A stretch of DNA of 64,000 nt, taken from positions 7,032-71,031 of the IMG/VR virus record IMGVR_UViG_3300035520_000763; one strand, 5' to 3'. Origin of the DNA: a virus. Its lineage: Duplodnaviria > Heunggongvirae > Uroviricota > Caudoviricetes. This document shows, piece by piece, positions 39,131-48,439 of the stretch; positions within the stretch are counted from its first letter, which is position 1, and each line of letters starts with the position of its first letter. Made by a program: the position numbers and the translations under genes. The notes below the pieces were generated by a model. It was not told the origin of the DNA. It ran no database searches and saw only the letters and a program-made list of their open reading frames with translations.

Positions 39131-39745
39131 CTATCGAAGCACTACATCCTCAAATTTATCATTTACATCATAGGTTGGTTCAAAATTAACAGCCGTATTA
39201 ATTTCAATTGCATCCAACTTTGCTGATACTTCATCACATTCCTTAGAAATCTTTTTAATTAGACCCTTTACATCGTTACGGTCAAACTGAATAGAAGTTT
39301 TCTCAATTACATTGTAGTAATATCTAATCTGATTACCGTCCTGAAAATTGAATTTATAATCTGAGCCTTGTTTCTGCTTTTCCGAAGGCTTAATATCAAC
39401 AATATTATTTAATGCATAAACAAATTGCTGCTTTTTCTTATTCATTGAAATTGCATTATCTATATTAATCTCTGTACCGGCTTTTGCCTTTGCGATAGCA
39501 TCTTGCAGAGATTCCTTCTCTTTAATTACTTTAACAGCAAAATCAATAACGTCATTTGGTGTAAAATCTACGTCATATGGTTTCTGTGCGGTAATCACTT
39601 CATCAGAAGCTTCGTTATTGGCTTTTGAACGCAGATGTTCTTCTATTGTAGTAGTTACAAAACCTCTGTTAGATAAATATTGATGCGCCGTGATTAGCAG
39701 ATTATCAAGATAATTTGCATAACGATAAGATTCCTTTAAATTCAT
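39131..39745 (-). CDS. 204-aa coiled-coil protein, possibly a remote DIP1984/DUF6847-like family member
   Basis: Helical hairpin pattern; C-terminal TSIQFDRNDVKGLIKKISKECDEVSAKLDAIEINT resembles the family's STVDV...LSKE.RELD.KIQ..N (by eye only). Confidence 0.45.
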   Translation of the reverse strand: MNLKESYRYANYLDNLLITAHQYLSNRGFVTTTIEEHLRSKANNEASDEVITAQKPYDVDFTPNDVIDFAVKVIKEKESLQDAIAKAKAGTEINIDNAISMNKKKQQFVYALNNIVDIKPSEKQKQGSDYKFNFQDGNQIRYYYNVIEKTSIQFDRNDVKGLIKKISKECDEVSAKLDAIEINTAVNFEPTYDVNDKFEDVVLR

Positions 39746-39815
39746 ATTTTTCTCCTTTTAATCCTTTGGTTTTTTATTATAATTTTCTACTTGTCTAAGA
39801 ACTAATTTTATAATT

Positions 39816-40082
39816 TTATTGTTTTAACTTTTTACTAGGTTTAAAACTTATACACTTTGCAGTTGGTATTTCTTCAATGTTTCCATCAACACTTTTTCCA
39901 ATATACGAATTTCTAATGTAAGGCGTAAATGTTCCAAAACCCTCAATTTTAATTTTTCTATTACTTATTAATTCTTCTTTTAAAACATTAATAAACGAAT
40001 TTATAATTTGTTCAATATCCTTTTTAGTAAATTTTTCACGATTATTATTCCAAACCGTATTTATTATTTCGTTTTTTACTAT
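39816..40082 (-). CDS. second HU/IHF family protein (ATA start, missed by the ORF track)
   Basis: (M)VKNEIINTVW...TKKDIEQIINSFINVLKEEL...IKIEGFGTF...IPTAKCISFKPSKKLK; SD AAGGAG. Confidence 0.8.
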   Translation of the reverse strand: MVKNEIINTVWNNNREKFTKKDIEQIINSFINVLKEELISNRKIKIEGFGTFTPYIRNSYIGKSVDGNIEEIPTAKCISFKPSKKLKQ

Positions 40083-40178
40083 GAAATACCACTCCTTTTT
40101 ATCCTATCCTAAAGCATCCTTATGAAGCATAAAAATTATTTCGGTGCTATCGAAATAATTTTATACTTCCAAAAAAAT

Positions 40179-43019
40179 TTAGGGAACTTTTTTTGAAAAA
40201 TTGCAGTTATAAATAGAGATTTCACCAGTATCATCCTCAATTAAAAACGTGTCTATTTTATTATATTGATTCAATAAATCTGTTAAAATATCATTTTTAT
40301 AATTGAACAATATATAAAACAAAATGTTCTTGATGGATAAATTTTTTTGAGATTCTAATTGTTTTAATAAACGATACATTGTATGTTCGTTAAGTTTCAT
40401 TCTATTTATATCATATAATAAATTCTCTTTTGCTCTAACAATTCGTTCATGTTTTTCTTCACCAGATAAGAATGGGTCAGAAGCAACAACCTTATTATAC
40501 GAAAGAGTAGTATTTGCCAAATTAAGTATTTTAGGTATTTGTTTTTTTACAACTTTATTTATATCATAATTTTTTGGCTTAAAAATTTCTGCTATTGATA
40601 AAAAATCACTGCCTTTTGATTTTGAAGAACGTTTATTTCCAATACAATCATGTAAAATATCCATGCTTGTATTGTATTTTTGATAATCTTTTTTATCAAC
40701 ATTCTTATAATTTTTTGTATCAGCAATATATCCAAGAAAATATGGCATTTTTTTTCTACCATCCGTCATAGTTAAAAGATTTTCATACTTTTTACGCATT
40801 TTTTTTAATTCAATAGTATTATCAACAGGATATTCTTTCTTTGCTTTATCAATTTCAATATTAGACATAACATCTAATTGACATACATCATAATAAATTT
40901 CTTTTATGTGTTCATATTGACTCTCCACGGACTCGCCAGACTTAGCCACTATATCCCATAATAAAGAATTTAATTCCTGAGATAAATTTACAATCTCTCC
41001 AATTTTATTATTGCTCGTCTTATCATCCAAATCCGTCAAATCTTCATATGTATAATGTCTTTTAGATTTTGGTGGATTAATATTTCTTGTTGGAACTTTG
41101 AAAAGATGGTAATTTCTTTTTGCTGCATTAATTAAAATTTGATTATTAGTTATAAGCAAACTATCACTATCGAAATCTGCTCCCGACAGTCTTTCAAGTA
41201 TATTTTCATTTATACTATTAATACATATAATATTTGATGTAAGATTAAAATACATATCTATATTTTCATTTGCGACATTTTCGGCGATAAATAGATTGCC
41301 TATGGTAACATGAGGCGATCTGCTGCCTAAAATTGTAATATTATAATCATATCTAGTATTATGTATAGTCCCTGGTGATAGAGTAGGAGTGCCATCAAAT
41401 TTTCCAATAGACTGTAATAACATTTCATATGGATTTCCTAACAATGTAGCATAGGTGCCGTCTAATAAAATATGTCCTTTTTTCATATTTCTTAAATATG
41501 ACCTGCATAAATCTTTTTTGAAATCATAATAAATTTTCGTCTGTTCAAATCCACAATCATAATTTAGCATTTTATAAACAACTTCATTTTTGTTTCTCAT
41601 TATATTATCATCTTTAAATTCGTTTTCTGCTTTAAATTTTAAATGATAACGCATTACATCAACATCAGTATTTAAAAGATTAATATAATCAAGACCATCT
41701 TTAACTATGTTAGATATTTCTTCTTCTGAAAGCTGTAATGTATTTAACAATTGATAATGCGCCTGTACTAAACGCCCATCAAAAAAATGAGTATCTTTAT
41801 CATATTTAACTACCCCAAAATAAGGATATATATTATCAAACCATGTCTGTAAATCTCCAAATTTGAAAAATTTGATACTCGATGGAGTAGTAATAAGCTT
41901 AATATCAGAAATATCTTTAGCAATAGTGGTACCATTTAATTGTGAAATATCTTTAATTCCATTATCAGAAAAGAATTTTTGAATATTTGTATTAAAACAA
42001 CATGATTTAAAAAACTTATTTCTTAAAAGAATCATGCCTTTAGTAGAATATTCACTCATCAACGATATATCAATTAAGGACTGTCCGTCCCAAATTGAAT
42101 TTTTAATAGTCATTTCCTTTTCTTCTGTTTTTAAAAAACCATTTTCTCCTAAATCGGTACATACTGCCTCTTCTTTAAAAATACTTTCATAATCATCAAT
42201 AACTAAAAAATTTTCTGGTTTAATTTCGATAGTTCCAATTATGCTGCTGGTTGGAAGTGCAATATATGCTTCAAACGCAGCAATGTCTAATTCTTCACCA
42301 TTTTTTATATCTAAACCACATTGTTCAGATTTATGCATATCAAAATAAAGTCGTTTATCAATGAATAAACATTTACCAACTCTTGCAGAGCCACTTGAAC
42401 GCTTAAAACGGCAATAATTGATTCCATTACACCGAAATCCTTCTTTATAACACCATTTTCGCAGCTCTTTTGCAGATTTTATGGTTTTCAAAGTCCCCGC
42501 TAATCTATAAGTGTAAGTCATATTCTGCGTATCATATTCACAAACAAATGGTTTGATTAACAAAGAATTATCAATCTTATTATAAAATGGCTCGTCAATT
42601 TTAATAGCTACCAAAATTTCTGTACCGTCCTCATCTACATCAGTAGCATAACCATTATCCAAATTATAATCTCTAAGATTATATCCATTTTTTACATATG
42701 TGTTTTTTGCTGTTTTATTAAATTCTTTAACAGCATATTTAAATGTTACATTTATAATCTTTGAAGAATATTCTTTACCTTTTGCAAAAAATGATAATGA
42801 ATCTTTTTTCTTTTTTTCTTCTTTGTTATAAACTTTTTCTGCAACATTGCGAAGTTCTATCAAATCTAAGCTATAATCAAAAGCATTAATATACCTATTG
42901 AAATTATCTGTTCCATCCTTACGGGTGAGAGCGTACCCATAAGGAACATTTTTAATATAATTGTTTGCTAAATACAAATCTTTAGCATCTATAGATGGTA
43001 TATAAATTGAGTTACTCAT
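40179..43019 (-). CDS. yonO: YonO-like single-subunit DNA-dependent RNA polymerase (RdRP-like two-barrel)
   Basis: 946 aa from MSNSIY; KRSSGSARVGKCLF, IWDGQSL, LRNKFFK, GSRSPH, and the metal-binding LSGADFDSD. Confidence 0.85.
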   Translation of the reverse strand: MSNSIYIPSIDAKDLYLANNYIKNVPYGYALTRKDGTDNFNRYINAFDYSLDLIELRNVAEKVYNKEEKKKKDSLSFFAKGKEYSSKIINVTFKYAVKEFNKTAKNTYVKNGYNLRDYNLDNGYATDVDEDGTEILVAIKIDEPFYNKIDNSLLIKPFVCEYDTQNMTYTYRLAGTLKTIKSAKELRKWCYKEGFRCNGINYCRFKRSSGSARVGKCLFIDKRLYFDMHKSEQCGLDIKNGEELDIAAFEAYIALPTSSIIGTIEIKPENFLVIDDYESIFKEEAVCTDLGENGFLKTEEKEMTIKNSIWDGQSLIDISLMSEYSTKGMILLRNKFFKSCCFNTNIQKFFSDNGIKDISQLNGTTIAKDISDIKLITTPSSIKFFKFGDLQTWFDNIYPYFGVVKYDKDTHFFDGRLVQAHYQLLNTLQLSEEEISNIVKDGLDYINLLNTDVDVMRYHLKFKAENEFKDDNIMRNKNEVVYKMLNYDCGFEQTKIYYDFKKDLCRSYLRNMKKGHILLDGTYATLLGNPYEMLLQSIGKFDGTPTLSPGTIHNTRYDYNITILGSRSPHVTIGNLFIAENVANENIDMYFNLTSNIICINSINENILERLSGADFDSDSLLITNNQILINAAKRNYHLFKVPTRNINPPKSKRHYTYEDLTDLDDKTSNNKIGEIVNLSQELNSLLWDIVAKSGESVESQYEHIKEIYYDVCQLDVMSNIEIDKAKKEYPVDNTIELKKMRKKYENLLTMTDGRKKMPYFLGYIADTKNYKNVDKKDYQKYNTSMDILHDCIGNKRSSKSKGSDFLSIAEIFKPKNYDINKVVKKQIPKILNLANTTLSYNKVVASDPFLSGEEKHERIVRAKENLLYDINRMKLNEHTMYRLLKQLESQKNLSIKNILFYILFNYKNDILTDLLNQYNKIDTFLIEDDTGEISIYNCNFSKKVP

Positions 43020-44865
43020 TAAAATCATCCTCCCAAAAAATTCGGCAATCATTATATTTTTCAACGTAATTTATTATATTACGCATAGTATTTTCTAATA
43101 AAAGAGTAATAGCGTTTTCAGAAGTGAAATCACAGTCACATAAAGATACTTCATCTGATTCATATATTTCTTTTAAATTGATTTTTATTAGAACACTCGG
43201 TATTCCACAAGAAAATGAAAAAATTGCCTTCCATAAGTTATTCTTACAATTATTTATTTTATCAACAAGTCTCAAAGGAACTTCGTATTCACTCAAAAAA
43301 TTTCCAAAACAATTTCTTAATCCATCAATACATTCTTCAAAATTATTATCAAGCATTGTATCATATATACAATGAGAATCAATATATCCTTTTAATCGAA
43401 TTCCAGAACATTTATAGTCATAATAATTTTTTTCATATTTCAAGGTAATATTACAATTTATATTTTTATGATTCTTCAAATCATTTATCATTAAAATATG
43501 CTTTTCATTTTTTAAAATGCTTTCTAAATATTCTTTGTCATGGATTTCTTTAATAGCATACTGTATATTTTCTTCTAAATCTTTTAAATCAAAAACATCT
43601 TTTAAATAATGATTACTAAACACTTCTTCAAAATTTTTATCATGGATTTTTGCAAGAACGGTATATTTTCCGTCTTTAAGTCTTATTTTGTATTGTTCCC
43701 TCTCAAATTTTGATAAGTCTGTTTCAAGATCTAATATTTTCTGCCCAATTTCAATTGTTTCATGATAGATATATTTAAACTTACTACGAGCTTCTTTTGG
43801 AATACTAATCTCTTCTAAAGTATGTACCATTTTACTAAATACAATTCTTGGAAATTTAGCAGAATTAAATTGATTTATATTCCAATTGTTATAATGTATC
43901 AAAATAGAATTGTAAGATATATGTTGTGTTTCAATAGACAATTTAATTCCAGCTTCATAAGTTCTTCCCTTTATATGTTCCAAACTAAAATAAACATTGT
44001 CATTTTTTGGAAGTCCTAATTCATTTCTCGCCTGCTCTTCAATTCCATCGTTAATAATTTTTAAAACATCATCTTTTAAGTATTTTACGCAATTTTTCTT
44101 CTTGATTATTTCATAACAAGATACTTGATCCTCATAACACATTTCCTTAATTGTTTCTGTGACTTTATCACGCTGGTCTTCACTCATGATATATTGCCAT
44201 AACCAATCCAGTTTTTCTATTCGCTGTTTATAATTAAGTAAATCTTTTCTGGTTATTTGATTTTTTAGCTTTTGAATAGTGTTAGCATAAAAATCTCTTT
44301 TTATATATTCCTTTGAATAGCATTTACCATCATGATATAAATATGTAAAACTCGGAATTTCATTTACGTCAGTTTTATACATATATTCTTTAATATTAAC
44401 TTCTACAACATCATTTTCCAACTCATTCCATTTACAAAAATAATCATCACCTGTTTTTCTGTTCGTAAAAAACATTTCAAAATAAATAACTTCACCGGTA
44501 GAGGTATAAACCGTTACATCTGGTCTATAATCACCAAACTTCGTATTCCACGTTTTTTCAACTTCGATATAATCAACTTCAAACAATTCATCTTCTATAT
44601 AAAACTTACTTCCTTTTTCAAAAAGCCAATTTTTACAAAAGAAATGAAGCTGACTTTCTTTTGTACACAATCCAGTTATATGATAATAATGCGATTGTTC
44701 CTTTGTACTACTTAATGCTCTTGGTTTAACGTTTCCACCACAACAAGGGCAGTAGTAGTCCTTTTCTTTTTCTGCTTTACTAATATGAATAAGATTCGCA
44801 AATTTATCATCGGAGTTTCCATCATAAGCGATGATTAGTTGCGGCAAATATTCAAAAATATCCAT
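43012..44865 (-). CDS. CoiA-like nuclease-domain protein
   Basis: YCPCCG...HYYH...C..ES.LH...YRPDV...FEMFFTN. Confidence 0.65.
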   Translation of the reverse strand: MDIFEYLPQLIIAYDGNSDDKFANLIHISKAEKEKDYYCPCCGGNVKPRALSSTKEQSHYYHITGLCTKESQLHFFCKNWLFEKGSKFYIEDELFEVDYIEVEKTWNTKFGDYRPDVTVYTSTGEVIYFEMFFTNRKTGDDYFCKWNELENDVVEVNIKEYMYKTDVNEIPSFTYLYHDGKCYSKEYIKRDFYANTIQKLKNQITRKDLLNYKQRIEKLDWLWQYIMSEDQRDKVTETIKEMCYEDQVSCYEIIKKKNCVKYLKDDVLKIINDGIEEQARNELGLPKNDNVYFSLEHIKGRTYEAGIKLSIETQHISYNSILIHYNNWNINQFNSAKFPRIVFSKMVHTLEEISIPKEARSKFKYIYHETIEIGQKILDLETDLSKFEREQYKIRLKDGKYTVLAKIHDKNFEEVFSNHYLKDVFDLKDLEENIQYAIKEIHDKEYLESILKNEKHILMINDLKNHKNINCNITLKYEKNYYDYKCSGIRLKGYIDSHCIYDTMLDNNFEECIDGLRNCFGNFLSEYEVPLRLVDKINNCKNNLWKAIFSFSCGIPSVLIKINLKEIYESDEVSLCDCDFTSENAITLLLENTMRNIINYVEKYNDCRIFWEDDFNE

Positions 44866-44887
44866 TCATTTTCCTCCTTCAATTCAT

Positions 44888-45166
44888 TCAATCATCATAA
44901 GTCCCTAAATAGAAATCCAAATCTCTATCACATCCGATTTCTTTAAGAAACCTATTAAAATCTTCTTCCGTCATATTTTCATTAGGCATAAAATTATCAC
45001 ACACTATATGAATATCCTCTGCATCTGATAACTCTTTCTTTGCATTCTTCACTGCATTCTTAATGCATTTGCTGATATATTTTTCTCGTGTAATATTCCA
45101 TTTCTTAGGCTGATTATCAATAGTATCAAAAATGCAATATAATCCATTCGGTTGTTTTATAAGCAT
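44888..45166 (-). CDS. hypothetical protein
   Basis: 92 aa, KQPNGLYC motif. Confidence 0.65.
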   Translation of the reverse strand: MLIKQPNGLYCIFDTIDNQPKKWNITREKYISKCIKNAVKNAKKELSDAEDIHIVCDNFMPNENMTEEDFNRFLKEIGCDRDLDFYLGTYDD

Positions 45167-45222
45167 AATTCACCTCATTACATATAGAATTTATTTAATT
45201 ATTTATCATAATTTCCAAATCC

Positions 45223-45513
45223 TTAATCATAGAAAGAACTTCTTTCATGAAATACCATAAAACCATTTGCGAATTCGTAAGCAATCTGATATTCCTCTAT
45301 TGCAGAAGAGCAATCTATGGCATAATTTGGTTTAAATGTAACTTCACACCATATTTCACAACCATTTTCGTCAGTTGATTTAAAGAATTTACTTGATAGT
45401 TTCTCAACGAATTCAGAATAAATACAATATGGGTATCCATTTTCTTCACAAATTTTTTCATATTCAAAATCATAGTTTTTATCTGTAATACTTATATTCT
45501 TTCTATTATTCAA
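45223..45513 (-). CDS. hypothetical protein
   Basis: 96 aa, SD GGAG. Confidence 0.6.
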   Translation of the reverse strand: MNNRKNISITDKNYDFEYEKICEENGYPYCIYSEFVEKLSSKFFKSTDENGCEIWCEVTFKPNYAIDCSSAIEEYQIAYEFANGFMVFHERSSFYD

Positions 45514-45549
45514 TAAAATCTCCTTAGTTATTACATTAAAATTTCTAAT

Positions 45550-45738
45550 TTATGCCCGTAAGATTCCTGTAAAATATGAAAACAATATACAAAATATACA
45601 AATCCACCATTGTGACGTGTTTGTTCCATAATCAATTCTGGTTAATACAATACTAGTAACAAATAAACAAATATAAAAAATAAATTTTGCAAATGATTTA
45701 ATCAAATCATTTAAATCTTCATTTAAATCTTTTTTCAT
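45550..45738 (-). CDS. small membrane protein
   Basis: Two hydrophobic helices. Confidence 0.55.
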   Translation of the reverse strand: MKKDLNEDLNDLIKSFAKFIFYICLFVTSIVLTRIDYGTNTSQWWICIFCILFSYFTGILRA

Positions 45739-45744
45739 AATAAT

Positions 45745-45987
45745 TTATATATTCCTTTCCTCCATAATCCCGATATCACAACCCGTCCATTCTACAATAT
45801 TTCTTGTAGTCATTTCAGACAAACAGTCATAATGAGTATATTCACCTTCACAATTCACAACATACTCTTCTCCCTCATATATGCCTTCATCACAAATAGA
45901 GCAGTAGCGATATGCTTTGGGCGGTGTATAATTCGGACATCTTGAATCATGATCTCCACCGATTCCAAAACAATATTTACAAGCTAT
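45745..45987 (-). CDS. 80-aa Cys/His-rich protein (ATA start)
   Basis: (M)ACKYCFGIGGDHDSRCPNY...CSICDEGI...HYDCL; SD AGGGGTG 7 nt upstream. Confidence 0.7.
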   Translation of the reverse strand: MACKYCFGIGGDHDSRCPNYTPPKAYRYCSICDEGIYEGEEYVVNCEGEYTHYDCLSEMTTRNIVEWTGCDIGIMEERNI

Positions 45988-46415
45988 ACGGCAACACCCC
46001 TTTCAACATTTTCTATATGTTCAGATACATAACCTTCATTACTCGTATAGTATATATCTTTAATCCCCAAATCTTTAATAGCCGCCATACAGGAAGGGCA
46101 TGGACGAGCCATACCAAACGGCTGATCTTTCCGTATCCTGTATATGTATAATTTAACTTTCGAAAAGTTAATATCTAAATGCTTAATACCGTTTAAACAA
46201 CTAATCTCAGCATGAAGTTTCGGCAGCAATCTATCATCATTTTTTCTATATCTGTTATAATATTTCTGCGTTGGGTGAGTCTTATTACAGTTACATCCAA
46301 TTCCTATAACCTGTCCATGATATACTGCAATACAGCCCAAATGCGTTTTATGGTAATCAGATATGTTGGCAACTTGTCTCGCTTTCTGGAAATATTTGTA
46401 ATCTGTATTAGTCAT
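45984..46415 (-). CDS. CMP/dCMP-type zinc deaminase
   Basis: HLGCIAV...GIGCN...HAEISCL...RPCPSC. Confidence 0.85.
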   Translation of the reverse strand: MTNTDYKYFQKARQVANISDYHKTHLGCIAVYHGQVIGIGCNCNKTHPTQKYYNRYRKNDDRLLPKLHAEISCLNGIKHLDINFSKVKLYIYRIRKDQPFGMARPCPSCMAAIKDLGIKDIYYTSNEGYVSEHIENVERGVAV

Positions 46416-46761
46416 CAATGCTGCCACATCTTTCTTTCTCAAAAAATTCAGTTCCTTTATCAAAACACTTCATCATATATTCATACCGCTCAATATAATA
46501 ATCATAAAAACCAGCGGTTAGAAGAGTAGCAATATGTTTCAGAACTGCTGAATTAATAAACCTATGATCGGTATCAAATTCAACTTTTTGCTGCTTATCA
46601 ATCAAATCAAGAATATTTACTGTATTGTCTTTAATATAAAATGCTACTTCATATTTCTTAGTTTCATAATTAAATAATTCAATAGCTATAATCGTGTAGC
46701 CGTTATGTAAATCAATTGCTAATGTATCATTTCCAATTTTTGTATACGCAAGTTTATTCAT
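46408..46761 (-). CDS. hypothetical protein
   Basis: 117-aa ORF. Confidence 0.65.
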   Translation of the reverse strand: MNKLAYTKIGNDTLAIDLHNGYTIIAIELFNYETKKYEVAFYIKDNTVNILDLIDKQQKVEFDTDHRFINSAVLKHIATLLTAGFYDYYIERYEYMMKCFDKGTEFFEKERCGSIDD

Positions 46762-46984
46762 TCTTTAAATCCTTTCCATTTGTAAAATTGTTATTTCTAT
46801 CCCTATTCTTTATATTCTGTTTACATGCTCTGTCAAAAGCCCAACCTGATACAATATTTTGGACAACATGTTCACTTGGATGAGATGTGTCAAAATCTGA
46901 AAGATAAATTTTTCCTCCATAGGTAGAATGGTCTGTCTTATAGTTTCTATAATGGTTACTTATTGTGTAATATTCCTTTGTCAT
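46754..46984 (-). CDS. hypothetical protein
   Basis: 76-aa ORF, SD AAGGAG. Confidence 0.6.
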   Translation of the reverse strand: MTKEYYTISNHYRNYKTDHSTYGGKIYLSDFDTSHPSEHVVQNIVSGWAFDRACKQNIKNRDRNNNFTNGKDLKNE

Positions 46985-47141
46985 GTAATATAAGTTTCTC
47001 CTTTTTTCGTTTTTTAATTTTATTAATAATTTTGTTTGAAGTTGTCATGAATGACTCCTTTGTGTGATTGGTTAATAGTTGCGGTGAGAGAGTGGTGTGG
47101 TGGTTATAGGTGTTATTTCTGCTTTTTATTTTTATATTGAT

Positions 47142-47546
47142 TTATTTCAAAATTGGTTTATCTTGTATTTTTAATTTTGATAATCTTAAAAATAAGGAAT
47201 GAATTTTCTTTGCATTATAACTACATGGTGCAATATTTTTTGGCTTTTCGCATTTTCCAACAATATAAACATTTGGATTATTTGTAAAATACCCACAAAA
47301 ATTCATTTCCTTTATATAATTGTTTTGTAAACCATTAAGAAAATCTAAAGTTACATTTGTTGTAGATAAGTCAAATTGCAAATATTTCATCCCATATTCA
47401 CTATGATTACAATGGTTTGAACACAAACATTTAACTTGATAAATATTTTCATCTACTTTTATAGGGATACTGTTTATCCCAAAATATGCCGTGCCAAATT
47501 CCGAATATCCAATCCAATCTTTCCATCGTTCACCTATTTCTAACAT
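47142..47546 (-). CDS. hypothetical protein
   Basis: 134-aa ORF, SD AGGAG. Confidence 0.6.
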   Translation of the reverse strand: MLEIGERWKDWIGYSEFGTAYFGINSIPIKVDENIYQVKCLCSNHCNHSEYGMKYLQFDLSTTNVTLDFLNGLQNNYIKEMNFCGYFTNNPNVYIVGKCEKPKNIAPCSYNAKKIHSLFLRLSKLKIQDKPILK

Positions 47547-47567
47547 TCCATATTTCTCCTTTTTACA

Positions 47568-48386
47568 TTAATCTTGATAAAATTTTTTACTTACATAATT
47601 CTTTTCTCTTAAATACATAATTCCATATTCTAATTCTTTTTCATAATCATATTCTTCCTTAGAGCATTTAAAAATTTGATTATTTCTTCCTGTATATCTA
47701 TAGGGACATATATAAATAATGTCATCAGTATGCCAATTCCCAGAAGAATCTTTGTAACGTGGCATACGATGCGTAACAACTAAACCAAGTTTTTCTAATA
47801 CAAGAGTTGCTTTTGACACCATAGTAGGTGTTATACCAATAAAAGTTGCAATAGTCTTAAATTGTGAATAGAAAATTTCCGGTTTTTTCTTCTTTGAACT
47901 TTCTGAATGACCAGTACTAACATTTGTTCTAATCCATGTAAAAGCGCGTATATAAGAAAGTAATAATAATAAAATACTTCTATTGAGTGGACGGTATGTT
48001 GATTTGTAGTTGTTTATTATTTCTATTTCAAAATCGTAAATTAATCCAAAATTGTTTTTAGGTCTTATTTTTTCGTCATTCAAAAGAGATGATTGAAATG
48101 TTGATTGTAAATAATTCCCTATATCAAAATCTATCAAATATCCATTTTCAAAGTACCATTGCATACAATCCTTGAATTTTGTATAAATGTTTTTAGTATC
48201 CCCCCTATGCCAATTTGGTTTATACCCACACCACTGAATCATATAAATAGGGGAGTAGTGAACCATTTTTTCCCATGTTTGATTATAATTAAAATATAAA
48301 AATATAGATGAACGATGTTCTGGTATAGTGTTAGCTAAAATTACTTCTTTTGGAAATTTAATAAAATGTTGGATAGTATCAGGCAA
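47568..48386 (-). CDS. winged-HTH protein (replication-initiator/regulator-like)
   Basis: YSQFKTIATFIGITPTMVSKATLVLEKLGLV HTH pattern. Confidence 0.5.
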   Translation of the reverse strand: MPDTIQHFIKFPKEVILANTIPEHRSSIFLYFNYNQTWEKMVHYSPIYMIQWCGYKPNWHRGDTKNIYTKFKDCMQWYFENGYLIDFDIGNYLQSTFQSSLLNDEKIRPKNNFGLIYDFEIEIINNYKSTYRPLNRSILLLLLSYIRAFTWIRTNVSTGHSESSKKKKPEIFYSQFKTIATFIGITPTMVSKATLVLEKLGLVVTHRMPRYKDSSGNWHTDDIIYICPYRYTGRNNQIFKCSKEEYDYEKELEYGIMYLREKNYVSKKFYQD

Positions 48387-48439
48387 TATAATTTCTGTTG
48401 GCGTTTTATTATTTTCTATGTATATCTACTTCCTTTCTT

